A stretch of 64,000 nucleotides of DNA, taken from NCBI GenBank assembly GCA_963714695.1, contig CAVQPQ010000001.1:7880-71879 (forward strand), given 5' to 3'. This stretch comes from an uncultured Verrucomicrobiae bacterium (GTDB lineage Bacteria > Verrucomicrobiota > Verrucomicrobiia > Limisphaerales > UBA11358). Positions within the stretch are counted from its first letter, which is position 1. Each line of letters opens with the position of its first letter. Under the pieces are notes generated by a model. It was given only the letters and a program-made list of their open reading frames with translations, did no database searches and was not told the origin of the DNA. Below, in pieces: positions 1-8,268 of this stretch. The translations under genes were made by a program, and so were the position numbers.

Positions 1-723
1 CAATGGCAAGCAGTTTACAGCTATGCGACGAACAACGGCTACAGCTTTGTAAATGCTGGTTCTGGCGAGGCGGCGAATTATCCAGTGCAGACGGTGAACT
101 GGTATGACGTGGTGAAGTGGAGCAATGCGCGGTCGCAGCGGGCGGGTTTGACGCCAGTGTATTACACGGATGCGGGGATGACGCAGATTTATACGAACGG
201 TGAAACAGATGCAATTTATCCAAATTGGGTGGCCACCGGCTATCGGCTGCCGACGGAAGCGGAGTGGGAGAAAGCGGCGCGGGGTGGATTGAGCGGGCAA
301 CGGTTTCCGTGGGGCAATACGATATCCGAAAGTCAGGCCAACTATTACGGAAACACCAACTACTTTAGCTACGATTTGGGACCCAACTACTTCAACACCA
401 ACTTCGTAACCGGATTTTATCCCTACACGAGTCCGGTGGGCTATTTTGCGCCGAACGGATATGGGCTATACGACATGGCGGGAAATGTGTATGAGTGGTG
501 TTGGGACTGGTATGCAGCTCCGCCGTATACAGCGGGCAGTGCGTATTTGGGAGGGACCAATCCGACGGGAGCGGGGCCAGGATCGGGCTTCCGTGTGTTG
601 CGCGGCGGCTCTTGGTTCAACGACTACTACAGCGCCTACTATGCGCGGTGCGCCTTTCGCGGCGACAACTTCCCGGACAACGTCAACTACATCACTGGGT
701 TTCGCTGTGTAAGGGGGCTTTAA
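1..723 (+). CDS. FGE-sulfatase (SUMF1/formylglycine-generating enzyme fold) domain protein, 5' partial
   Basis: Frame 1 is open from base 1, so the start lies upstream of the window. Motifs RLPTEAEWEKAARGG, GNVYEWCWDWY, RVLRGGSW and GFRCV are typical of the FGE-sulfatase domain. Confidence 0.8.
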   Translation, partial: QWQAVYSYATNNGYSFVNAGSGEAANYPVQTVNWYDVVKWSNARSQRAGLTPVYYTDAGMTQIYTNGETDAIYPNWVATGYRLPTEAEWEKAARGGLSGQRFPWGNTISESQANYYGNTNYFSYDLGPNYFNTNFVTGFYPYTSPVGYFAPNGYGLYDMAGNVYEWCWDWYAAPPYTAGSAYLGGTNPTGAGPGSGFRVLRGGSWFNDYYSAYYARCAFRGDNFPDNVNYITGFRCVRGL

Positions 724-757
724 TTTTTGCTCTTTTACCCTTTAACCCTTTTTCACT

Positions 758-2194
758 GCTGACTCACAGGGATGAGGGTTGAGGTGTAAAAAAGGTTGGC
801 TTGCGGGTTTGGGCCTTGCCACAAGGTAAGGCATGAAAAATCAAACACGACACAAGCCAACCGCCAGCAAATTCTCGCTGTTGCGCCAACTTTGCAACTT
901 CATTCCGCCGCATCTGGTGCCGCGACTGGCACGCGAGACCGGCGTGGATGATCAAGCCCGCACTTTCAGTCCGTGGAGTCACGTCGTCAGTCTGCTTTAT
1001 GCCCAACTCACCCACAGCCTCGGTCTCAATAACGTCTGCGACGCCCTGCGGCTGCACTCCGGGTCGTTGTCGGCACTGCGCGGGGCCACGCCGCCGCCCA
1101 AAAACACGCTGTCGCACGCCAACCGCCGACGCGATCCGAAAATGGCCGAGCAACTGTTCTGGGCGGTGCTGGAACATTTGCAAACTTTGCAGCCCGCTTT
1201 CGGCGGCAACCGTCGCCCGAAGTTCGCCTTCCGCTTCAAGCGCCTCATCCATGTCGTGGACTCCACCACCATCCAACTGATGGCCCGCTCGCTGGACTGG
1301 GCCAAGCACCGCCGCCGCAAGGCTGCGGCCAAGTGTCATGTCCGCCTCGACCTGCAAACCTTTCTGCCCCGCTGCGCCATCGTGGCCACCGCCGGTGAGC
1401 ACGACAACCGGCGGGCACGCGAGCTTTGCGCCAATGTTCAAGCGGGTGAAATCGTCATCTTCGACAAGGCTTACCTCGATTTTGCCCATCTCGCCGACTT
1501 GTCCCAGCGCGGCGTCTTTTGGGTCACCCGCGCCAAGGACAATTTGCAATGCCGGGTCGTGCGCAAGTTTCAGGACGGCACGGAGGGTAACATTCTGCGG
1601 GATGACCTGATCGTCCTGACCAATCCGGCGGTGCAAGCCGTTTATCCGGTCGAACTGCGCCGCGTCACCGCCCTCGTCGAAGTGGACGGGCAATGGCGGG
1701 AAATGGTCTTTCTGACCAACAACCTGGAGTGGAGCGCCCAGACCATCGCCAACCTCTATCGCTGCCGCTGGAGCATCGAGGTCTTTTTCAAGGAACTCAA
1801 ACAGACCCTGCAACTGGCCGATTTCCTCGGCCACAACGCCAACGCCGTCAAATGGCAAGTCTGGACGGCACTCCTGGCCTATGTGCTCCTGCGTTTCTGC
1901 GCCCACCTGGGCCAGTGGAGCCACAGCTTTACCCGGCTCTTTGCACTGATCCGCTCGGCCCTCTGGCAAAAACTGGAACTGCGCAGCCTCTTGATATGCT
2001 ATGGGACAGCCGATGGCGGAGGGCGCTTTCTGGGCACGCCGCAACAAGCCTATCTGGCGGGATCCTGTGGGACAGCCAGCGTCCTGGCCAAACCAACGCC
2101 CGAAATTCTTAAACCGATTTTTCATTTTCCATCTCGATCCTCAAAGAAATCCGCCTCAAATTGTCGCGGAATCAATCTCTATTGGCCGACATTG
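758..2194 (+). mobile_element. IS4-family insertion sequence (ends provisional)
   Basis: Single DDE transposase ORF. An identical 13-bp direct repeat ACCCTTTTTCACT sits at 745-757 and 2195-2207, bracketing 1437 bp. That size and duplication length fit IS4-type elements. I could not identify convincing terminal inverted repeats by eye. Confidence 0.5.
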
Positions 2195-2245
2195 ACCCTT
2201 TTTCACTCACACTCGACGATAACTGTTCTTGACGTGGCCAGGTGA
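833..2245 (+). CDS. IS4-family DDE transposase
   Basis: 470-aa ORF. It has the N-terminal DUF4372-like segment (FSPWSHVVSLLYAQL), HVVDSTTI (first D), IVIFDKAYLDF (second D) and YRCRWSIEVFFKELKQ (the Y-x2-R-x3-E-x6-K signature of IS4). The ORF runs 43 bp into the convergent pseudogene, so the stop codon may lie outside the element. Confidence 0.85.
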   Translation: MKNQTRHKPTASKFSLLRQLCNFIPPHLVPRLARETGVDDQARTFSPWSHVVSLLYAQLTHSLGLNNVCDALRLHSGSLSALRGATPPPKNTLSHANRRRDPKMAEQLFWAVLEHLQTLQPAFGGNRRPKFAFRFKRLIHVVDSTTIQLMARSLDWAKHRRRKAAAKCHVRLDLQTFLPRCAIVATAGEHDNRRARELCANVQAGEIVIFDKAYLDFAHLADLSQRGVFWVTRAKDNLQCRVVRKFQDGTEGNILRDDLIVLTNPAVQAVYPVELRRVTALVEVDGQWREMVFLTNNLEWSAQTIANLYRCRWSIEVFFKELKQTLQLADFLGHNANAVKWQVWTALLAYVLLRFCAHLGQWSHSFTRLFALIRSALWQKLELRSLLICYGTADGGGRFLGTPQQAYLAGSCGTASVLAKPTPEILKPIFHFPSRSSKKSASNCRGINLYWPTLTLFHSHSTITVLDVAR

Positions 2246-2809
2246 TTCGAGTGCCGCTCGCGCTTACTTTTCCAGTATTTGGAAATCTCTTTGGTGGCCT
2301 TGTGCAGCCAGTCTTGGTCAGCCACGAGACGAATTATTTCAACGGCCGCGAACCACTTGGGCGCATTAGGAGCGGGATCGCCCAGCGGCGTCAGCTTGCC
2401 CACGGACATCAAAACCTGAATGTCATCTGCGCCTTTTCGATAGCTCAAGGCTAATTGTCTCATACCACCAAGCTGTTTTTTTAGATTGAGTTCAAGCTCT
2501 TCCTGTTCGCCATCGTCAAAGAGGATTTGATCCTTGGTATGACTTACTTCAAATCCCTCCAAAATAAGTTCGCCAAACAAACGTTGGTTGACCAGGTCGT
2601 TCGAGCCACCCTCCTGTTCACCAAATATTGTTTCCGGTCTGTAAGAGTCCGGCCAACCGGTGATGACTCTGTTCTGATTGAATAATTGAAAAGCCGGCAT
2701 CCCGGCGGCTGCCCTTTTCTAGCACACCAGCCCATCCGGAAACAAGTTTCCGGCCAACCTTGAAACGGAAATTTACCTTCGCTGGCTTGCCACTTATAAG
2801 ATGGAGCAA
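2203..2809 (-). pseudogene. C-terminal remnant of a GHKL/HATPase_c_3-type ATP-binding protein, frameshifted and 5'-truncated
   Basis: ORF 2203-2700 (..FGELILEGFEVSHTKDQILFDD..). The upstream -1 frame ORF 2618-2809 (..KVNFRFKVGRKLVSGWAGVLEKGSRRDAGF) reads straight into FQLFNQNRVITGW if one base is restored near 2695-2705. No ATPase N-domain is present upstream. Confidence 0.5.
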
Positions 2810-3132
2810 GCTGGGCGGAGTGCAGCGGTGTGCCGTTCGGTCGCGCGGGACGTCTCTGGGGAAAGCCAGTCTTTCGGCTTACGGCGTCAGCCAGTTGGCT
2901 GAAAGTCTGGCGCGGGGGCGGGGGGGCCATTTCAGCGCGACGGAACGGCACACAAGCGGAATGCAGGCCAGATATGAGTGTGCCGGCATCGGCATCTGTC
3001 GCGTTAGCGAGCAGTGGGCGAGCGTTGACCGTGCAGTGACCAGTTTCTGAGCGGGCAGCCAAACAGGTGAAGATTCCGGTGAAACTCTGACCCCGAACCA
3101 CCATAAAACCCCTATAAATAAAGGGTTTTGAT

Positions 3133-3159
3133 TGGAGGCGAGGGTCGGAATCGACCGAG
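3133..3159 (-). other. tRNA (or tmRNA) 3'-end-like fragment, possible att-site relic
   Basis: Minus strand reads CTCGG-TCGATT-CCGAC-CCTCGCC-T-CCA. That is a T-arm (4 of 5 stem pairs, loop one base short), a 7-nt acceptor strand, a discriminator and CCA. No matching 5' acceptor strand or anticodon arm was found upstream. Confidence 0.35.
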
Positions 3160-3367
3160 TCTCGTCTTCCATAAGCCACTCGAAATCAATCGTCTATGGC
3201 ATCGCTTACTGTTTGACTATAAACGAGTTGCGCTAATTGTCAACACATATCCGGCCATATCATTTTGTGCCGGTTTTTACCCTGTTAAAAGGCTCTGTGC
3301 TGGCATTTTTGCTGGCACTTTTTCCATCAGATTTTTTTCAGGCCGACGAGTTTAATAATTATTCCGT

Positions 3368-3396
3368 TTGCAGAATGGAGCGAACTTCGCTACAAT
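3368..3396 (+). promoter_or_regulatory. Candidate sigma70-type promoter with embedded palindrome upstream of abiEi
   Basis: TTGCAG (3368-3373), 17-nt spacer, TACAAT (3391-3396), 15 bp before the ATG at 3412. The spacer holds the palindrome AGCGAA-C-TTCGCT. Confidence 0.3.
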
Positions 3397-3411
3397 GTGC
3401 AAACGTAAAGA

Positions 3412-4221
3412 ATGAAGCAATCCCAATCCAAATCCCGAATGGACCGGGCGGCTGATGGTTTTATCACCCAGCGCCTGGCCTTGGGGCGCGTCGCTTTCCC
3501 GCTGGCGGATTTGGTCAAAGCGACTGGGTTGTCGGTGACGGCAGCCAGAAATCAGTTGTTGCGGTTGAAAAACCGGGTGACGAGAGTTTCGCCCCGCCAT
3601 CAGTTTTTTCTGATCGTCAGCCCTGAACACAGTGCGGTGGGGGCACCACCCGTGGCGTGGTGGCTGCACGATTATTTTCAATGGTTGGGTGAGCCGTATT
3701 ATCTGGCGCTTCAGTCGGCAGCCAGTTCACTCGGTTCAAATCCGCAGGCATTGCAAGTGACACAGGTGATGACCAGGATTTCGCGGCGTGCCGTGGAGGT
3801 AGGCCGTATTCGCATCCAGTTTTTTGTGAAACGCACTGTGGAGCAGACACCAACGCAGCCATTGGCAAATGCGTTTGCACCGTTGCAAGTCAGCACGCCA
3901 GAGGCAACCGCTTTTGATTTGATCCGATACGCTGCGCGCATCGGCGGCATTGGCCGGGCGGCGGAAACCATCGCTCCGCTGTTGCCGCTCATACGCCCGG
4001 CTGAAATGCGGCGGGTGCTGAAAATCGAAGACGAGCCGGCCACGGCGCAGCGCCTGGGGTTTGTGCTGGAAAAATTGCGGGCGACCGACTTGGCCAAAGT
4101 CGTTGAAAATTGGTTGCCGGCGGATTTGGTATTTGTGCCGCTGGTTCCGGGTGTGCGCGGTGTCGCTCCTGAAATCAAACGGTGGCGAATTCTTAACAAC
4201 GCCGGGGAGTTTGAACGATGA
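3412..4221 (+). CDS. abiEi: Type IV toxin-antitoxin / abortive infection antitoxin, AbiEi family
   Basis: 269 aa. N-terminal wHTH-like region and C-terminal AbiEi_4-like region. 4-bp ATGA overlap with the downstream AbiEii gene. Confidence 0.75.
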   Translation: MKQSQSKSRMDRAADGFITQRLALGRVAFPLADLVKATGLSVTAARNQLLRLKNRVTRVSPRHQFFLIVSPEHSAVGAPPVAWWLHDYFQWLGEPYYLALQSAASSLGSNPQALQVTQVMTRISRRAVEVGRIRIQFFVKRTVEQTPTQPLANAFAPLQVSTPEATAFDLIRYAARIGGIGRAAETIAPLLPLIRPAEMRRVLKIEDEPATAQRLGFVLEKLRATDLAKVVENWLPADLVFVPLVPGVRGVAPEIKRWRILNNAGEFER

Positions 4222-5069
4222 CAACGCCCATCACCCGCCGGGATGTCATCGCCCATCAGGCGGTCGTTCCGTGGCCGAGCCAGATTCAAGTCGAGCAAGA
4301 TTTATTGTTGTGCCGGGCGATGGTGGCGCTGTTCGATGATGCTTTTCTGCAAAGTCAGATTGCCATGCGCGGCGGCACGTTGCTGCACAAGGTTCATCTC
4401 GCGCCGCCATCACGATACAGCGAGGATATTGATCTGGTCGTGGTGGGTGATCGCCCGGAGGGTCACATTCGCAAGGCGCTCAATCGGGTTTTGAAGGGCG
4501 TGCTGGGAACTCCAAAGCAGTCCGCGTGGGCTGATCTCAAACTGGCCATTCGCAACACCGTGAAACCGTCGCGGGTGCTGCGGATGACTTACGCGATTCC
4601 TTCCCTGATGGAACCGGGAACGAACATGGAAATCGTGGTAGAGGCCAACGTCACCGAGCGCAAGCCGCATCGCCCGGTGATTAAAATCCCGTTTGAATTT
4701 CCGTTTCGGGATGCGGCGGTCAGCACACAGGTCAGCGGCCATGACATCCATGAAATGCTGGGAACAAAAATGCGGGCACTGTTTCAACGCCGACGCGGGC
4801 GGGATTTATTTGACCTGTATTGGGCGCTGACGCTGGCCAAACCAGCGGTTAATCCCGCGCAGATTATCGAGTCGTTTCAACATTATCTAAAATTGGAAGG
4901 CAGTGTTGCCGGACGGGCAGAGTATATATCGCTGCTGGACGCGCATCTGGCCAACCGTGGATTTTGTTCGGATATGAATCCATTGTTACGCGTGGGAATC
5001 ACCTACGACCCGCAGCAGGCCGGGGACTATGTGAAAACCAAACTGCTCTCCTTGTTGCCGGCACGCTGA
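4218..5069 (+). CDS. abiEii: Nucleotidyltransferase toxin, AbiEii/AbiGii family (DUF1814)
   Basis: 283 aa. Motifs MRGGTLLHKV and YSEDIDLVV (nucleotidyltransferase GS/D-x-D core) and RGRDLFDLYW are typical of AbiEii. Confidence 0.85.
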   Translation: MTTPITRRDVIAHQAVVPWPSQIQVEQDLLLCRAMVALFDDAFLQSQIAMRGGTLLHKVHLAPPSRYSEDIDLVVVGDRPEGHIRKALNRVLKGVLGTPKQSAWADLKLAIRNTVKPSRVLRMTYAIPSLMEPGTNMEIVVEANVTERKPHRPVIKIPFEFPFRDAAVSTQVSGHDIHEMLGTKMRALFQRRRGRDLFDLYWALTLAKPAVNPAQIIESFQHYLKLEGSVAGRAEYISLLDAHLANRGFCSDMNPLLRVGITYDPQQAGDYVKTKLLSLLPAR

Positions 5070-5108
5070 TGTTCAATTAACCAGACATGCAGACTTCGAG
5101 CGTGATTC

Positions 5109-5306
5109 CTAAGTGCCATCCCTTGGCGGAGCGAACGCGGTCATCGCCTTGCGCTCCAGCCAGCGGTCCATCAGTTTGCCAATCCAACGCGCGACGATGA
5201 AACCAATCACCGCCACGACGAACGCCGAAATGAGCGCGCCGCTGTGACCGATGATGTATTCGATAAGTTTGTCCTGCCAGGCTGCCAGGTTTCCGTTTTT
5301 ATTCAT
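5109..5306 (-). pseudogene. N-terminal fragment of an MscS-type mechanosensitive channel (first TM helix only)
   Basis: 65-aa ORF. AFVVAVIGFIVARWIGKLMDRWLERK resembles the MscS TM1 region and the similarity is lost right after it. It abuts the end of the AbiE module. Confidence 0.4.
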
Positions 5307-5420
5307 GGTCTCCTCAGGTTCAGGGTTGGTTGCCGGCCATTCGTTAAATCAATTCCCAGCACTTCGTCAACATCTGAATGGTTGACGCCAGCCGCCTTTG
5401 TGACAAGCTGCCAACCCAGC

Positions 5421-6329
5421 ATGACGAGGAAAACGCGCAACTGGCTCATTGTGGTCCTGCTCATTCCAACGGTGATTGTAACAGCCGTAGCTGGTCTGCT
5501 GGTCTTTCAGGAACTTCGACCGCTGCCACCAATCCAGCCTTTGCCCCAGCCCAACGGCTACACCGGCCTGGTGCAAGCCGCCGGAATGATTTCACCTGAG
5601 AGTTGGGATTACGCGGCCTTGGACGAAGCGCAACTGCGTGAAATCGTTTCGGCCAATGCCGCAGCCTTGTCGGTCGCCCGCGCCAGTATGAGCAATGAAT
5701 GCCGGGTGCCCATCCAGTTCTCACCGCCCAATTCCGAACCAGCACATCTTTCCGGATTGGCCGGCCTCAAACGGCTGGCGCAGGCATTTACGGTCGAGGG
5801 CAAGTTCGCGGAAGAGCAAAGGCGTTTCGGCGATGCCGCCGGGTCTTATTTGGATGTGATCCGTCTGGGCAACAATTCGGCGCGCGGCGGAGTTTTGATT
5901 GATAGCCTGGTCGGCCTGGCCATTGAAAACATGGGGGTGGCCGGTCTGCAAAAAATTACCGGCCAGCTCGACGCCAAAACCTGTCGTGCCGCCGCCGCAA
6001 CCCTGGAAACGCTTGAAGCCCAAAGACAATCCTGGACGGACATTTTGCAGCAGGAACAGGCCTGGTCGCGCCGGGCTTTTCCCGGCATCAAATATAGATG
6101 GGGTGAACTGGTCATGTCCTCATCATTAAAAAAAGCCGGACAAAAGGCCGGACAAAAATTCAATGGGCAGGAAAAGAAGACACGTCAATTGACAATTGAT
6201 CTGGCCGCCCGCGCCTACGAATTGGAAAATGGCCGCCGCCCGGCGAGCGTGGCCGATTTGGTGCCGAATTATCTCAAAGCCATTCCGCTAGACCCGGTCA
6301 GCAGCACGAACCTGGTTTTGACGCCGTGA
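5421..6329 (+). CDS. Hypothetical membrane-anchored protein
   Basis: Start chosen at MTRKTRNWLIVVLLIPTVIVTAVAGLL (N-terminal TM anchor). The long upstream ORF extension overlaps the opposite-strand fragment. The last codons overlap a family-C repeat arm. Confidence 0.6.
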   Translation: MTRKTRNWLIVVLLIPTVIVTAVAGLLVFQELRPLPPIQPLPQPNGYTGLVQAAGMISPESWDYAALDEAQLREIVSANAAALSVARASMSNECRVPIQFSPPNSEPAHLSGLAGLKRLAQAFTVEGKFAEEQRRFGDAAGSYLDVIRLGNNSARGGVLIDSLVGLAIENMGVAGLQKITGQLDAKTCRAAAATLETLEAQRQSWTDILQQEQAWSRRAFPGIKYRWGELVMSSSLKKAGQKAGQKFNGQEKKTRQLTIDLAARAYELENGRRPASVADLVPNYLKAIPLDPVSSTNLVLTP

Positions 6330-6374
6330 GGAGTCTCTTGTCTTTTAAATGAGTCTCGTCACTTCGTCTCCTAC
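6313..6374. repeat. Family C palindromic element (TGTAGGAG type), left arm overlapping a CDS 3' end
   Basis: The right arm GAGTCTCGTCACTTCGTCTCCTAC is intact. The left arm (..GACGCCGTGAGGAGTCTC) supplies the last codons and the stop of gene 5421-6329. Confidence 0.7.
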
Positions 6375-6385
6375 GAAAACGAAAT

Positions 6386-6748
6386 TCACTCCCCGCGATA
6401 AACCGCCCGCGCCGTGCAGGTTTCGGCCACAACCACTTCGGTGAGCAGCGGCAATCTCGGTTTCAGCTTCTTCCAGATCCACACGGCGATTTCCTCGCTC
6501 GTCGGGTTCTCCAGGCCGGGAACCTGGTTCAGGTAATTGTGGTCAATCTTTTCCCAGACGGGCTTGAATGCCGCCGTGATGTCCGCGTAATCCATCAGCC
6601 AGCCGAGTTTCGCGTCGCATTCGCCCGCCACCACGACGTCCACCTTGAAGCTGTGTCCGTGCAATCGCCGGCACTTGTGCGTCTTGGGCAAACGCGGCAG
6701 CAAATGCGCCGCCTCAAATTGAAAAGTTTTTCGTAATTCCATTTTCAT
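6386..6748 (-). CDS. queD: 6-carboxy-5,6,7,8-tetrahydropterin synthase
   Basis: 120 aa. Motifs FEAAHLLP, CRRLHGHSFKV and the C-terminal ETCTA are typical of QueD/PTPS. Confidence 0.9.
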   Translation of the reverse strand: MKMELRKTFQFEAAHLLPRLPKTHKCRRLHGHSFKVDVVVAGECDAKLGWLMDYADITAAFKPVWEKIDHNYLNQVPGLENPTSEEIAVWIWKKLKPRLPLLTEVVVAETCTARAVYRGE

Positions 6749-6760
6749 AGTTTGTAAAAT

Positions 6761-6817
6761 GTGATTCGTGAAGCGTGAAAACGTGATTGTGCATCACGCA
6801 TCACGTTTCACGTTTCA
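6761..6817. repeat. Heptanucleotide array forming a hairpin between the luxC-like stop and the queD start
   Basis: Left arm is GTGATTC GTGAAGC GTGAAAA CGTGATT. The GTGC loop is followed by the right arm ATCACGC ATCACGT TTCACGT TTCA. The array overlaps the luxC-like stop codon at 6808-6810. Confidence 0.75.
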
Positions 6818-8268
6818 AAATCGGTCCATGTCACCAAATCGCCCAGCGCGGGCCGGCCATCGTGACGCCACGTTAGCGGCGGGTTTTGCATCCGGCCCAG
6901 CGGGCACACCCGCGTCACGCCCCAGCGCGCCAGTTGCTCCGCCAATTCGCGCGCTTTTCGTTCCGGCGCGGCGATGCCAACGGTCGAAACCTGGCCGCGC
7001 ATGCACTCGGCGTTTTGCAGCATCTCGTGCAAATCCTTCACGCCCTTCACATAAACAAACCGGTTCAGGCATGACAGTTGGAAACGCGGATCCGCTTCGT
7101 AAATCACCGTCCACGCCGTTGAATCCCGGCTGTGCCACATCAAAGTTTCCGCTCCCTCGGTGCGGGCGGCCGCGCGCACCTGGTAGAACGCCCGGCGCGA
7201 CGCGATGACCGCCGCATGTTCCGTTGCCAGCTCGCCGCGCGGCTCCGTTTGCTCGCGCCGCTCCAATTCATCCGCAAGCATTTCCGCGAATTGTTCCGGC
7301 GACACTTTGCCGCCAGACTGGACGTATATTACGTGCGGCGAAAGACAGCCCAACTGGTTCCACGCCACCACGTCATCCGCCGCGTGGGAAATGATCTGCC
7401 GGGCGCTCGAAACATGTAAAACCGCGCTGTCCACATAACCAAAACTCACGCGCTGGCCGTACCCAAGAAATCGGATTTTAACCGGCAAACGCGCGCGGAT
7501 GTCCGCCAATGTCTCGTCACTGCCCGTCGCCGTCACACAATCAGCCCCGGCAAACAACGCGGTTTCCAAATCAACTTTGCCACCGCGCCACTCGGCGATT
7601 TCCAGGCAGGCGCCCAGTTTGGGGTCGGCATCATAAAGCGAGTGGGCGAACAGCCGGGGCAAAAACGCCGCGCCGCTCGCGCATTTCACAAATTGCGCCG
7701 AACGGGTCAGCAGGCCGAGCACGATGCTCATCAACGCCGGATTCGGAACGTTGCCCGGCGCGATGTGGACGATAAATTCCGGGCCGCGCCAAAAATGACG
7801 TGGGACGTGTGACGTGGGACGTGGGGAAACTGCATCGCTTGTCACCTGACACCCGTCGCCTGTCACACTGATGGCATCGCCCAATTCCTGTTCCAACAAC
7901 GCCTGTAAATTTTCAGCTGTGAGTTGCCGGAAAAAATTGTCCAGGCCCTTTTCCAACGTGGCGCGGGAAAAAACAGGTCCCGGAGCGCCGGGCACCGTCC
8001 CGGCAACCTTCAACCCCTGGCTTTGGTTCAAGCCGAGGCGGTGCCCGGCGCTCCCCGTTTGCTCCAGGGTCAGCTTGCGGAACCGGTTTTCCGCCCGCAA
8101 CCAGTCCTCCGCCACGTCGCTCAGTGTTTTTATGAGCTGTTCCGTTGAACGGCCGGCAAGATAACGCTCGCGATTGCGCTTCAGCGTCTGGCACGCCTCC
8201 GTGATCATCGCCGGCGACAACGTCGCTTCCGGCGGCAGATCGGCGAGAAAATAATTGGGCAGGCTCAT
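6808..8268 (-). CDS. LuxC-like acyl-CoA/acyl-protein reductase
   Basis: Motif HIAPGNVPNPALMSIVLGLLTRSAQFVKCASG is typical of the LuxC family. Start chosen at the ATG at 8268, which forms an ATGA overlap with the luxE-like stop. Confidence 0.8.
   Translation of the reverse strand: MSLPNYFLADLPPEATLSPAMITEACQTLKRNRERYLAGRSTEQLIKTLSDVAEDWLRAENRFRKLTLEQTGSAGHRLGLNQSQGLKVAGTVPGAPGPVFSRATLEKGLDNFFRQLTAENLQALLEQELGDAISVTGDGCQVTSDAVSPRPTSHVPRHFWRGPEFIVHIAPGNVPNPALMSIVLGLLTRSAQFVKCASGAAFLPRLFAHSLYDADPKLGACLEIAEWRGGKVDLETALFAGADCVTATGSDETLADIRARLPVKIRFLGYGQRVSFGYVDSAVLHVSSARQIISHAADDVVAWNQLGCLSPHVIYVQSGGKVSPEQFAEMLADELERREQTEPRGELATEHAAVIASRRAFYQVRAAARTEGAETLMWHSRDSTAWTVIYEADPRFQLSCLNRFVYVKGVKDLHEMLQNAECMRGQVSTVGIAAPERKARELAEQLARWGVTRVCPLGRMQNPPLTWRHDGRPALGDLVTWTDFET
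7796..7868. repeat. Heptanucleotide arrays inside luxC-like ORF
   Basis: TGACGTG GGACGTG TGACGTG GGACGTG lies at 7796-7823. After 17 bp comes GTCACCT GACACCC GTCGCCT GTCACAC (7841-7868), which is partly complementary. Confidence 0.7.

Noticed and set aside
764-2125. 453-aa minus-strand ORF opposite the IS4 transposase
   Set aside because: It is an antisense shadow ORF typical of high-GC DNA. It has no recognisable motifs and a low-complexity Ala/Gly/Arg-rich composition. The plus-strand ORF has the clear transposase signatures.
2544-3179. 211-aa minus-strand ORF spanning the non-coding gap upstream of the GHKL pseudogene
   Set aside because: The composition is not protein-like and no motif is present. 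It overlaps the pseudogene in another frame and runs through the tRNA-like fragment.
3133-3500. Possible tmRNA gene on the plus strand starting GGAGGCGAGGGTCGGAATCGAC
   Set aside because: The start resembles a tmRNA 5' end. However, there is no plausible tag reading frame ending in a hydrophobic AA-stop, and no matching T-arm/ACCA 3' end within 300-400 nt. That position also falls inside the abiEi CDS. Reading it as a minus-strand tRNA 3' fragment fits better.
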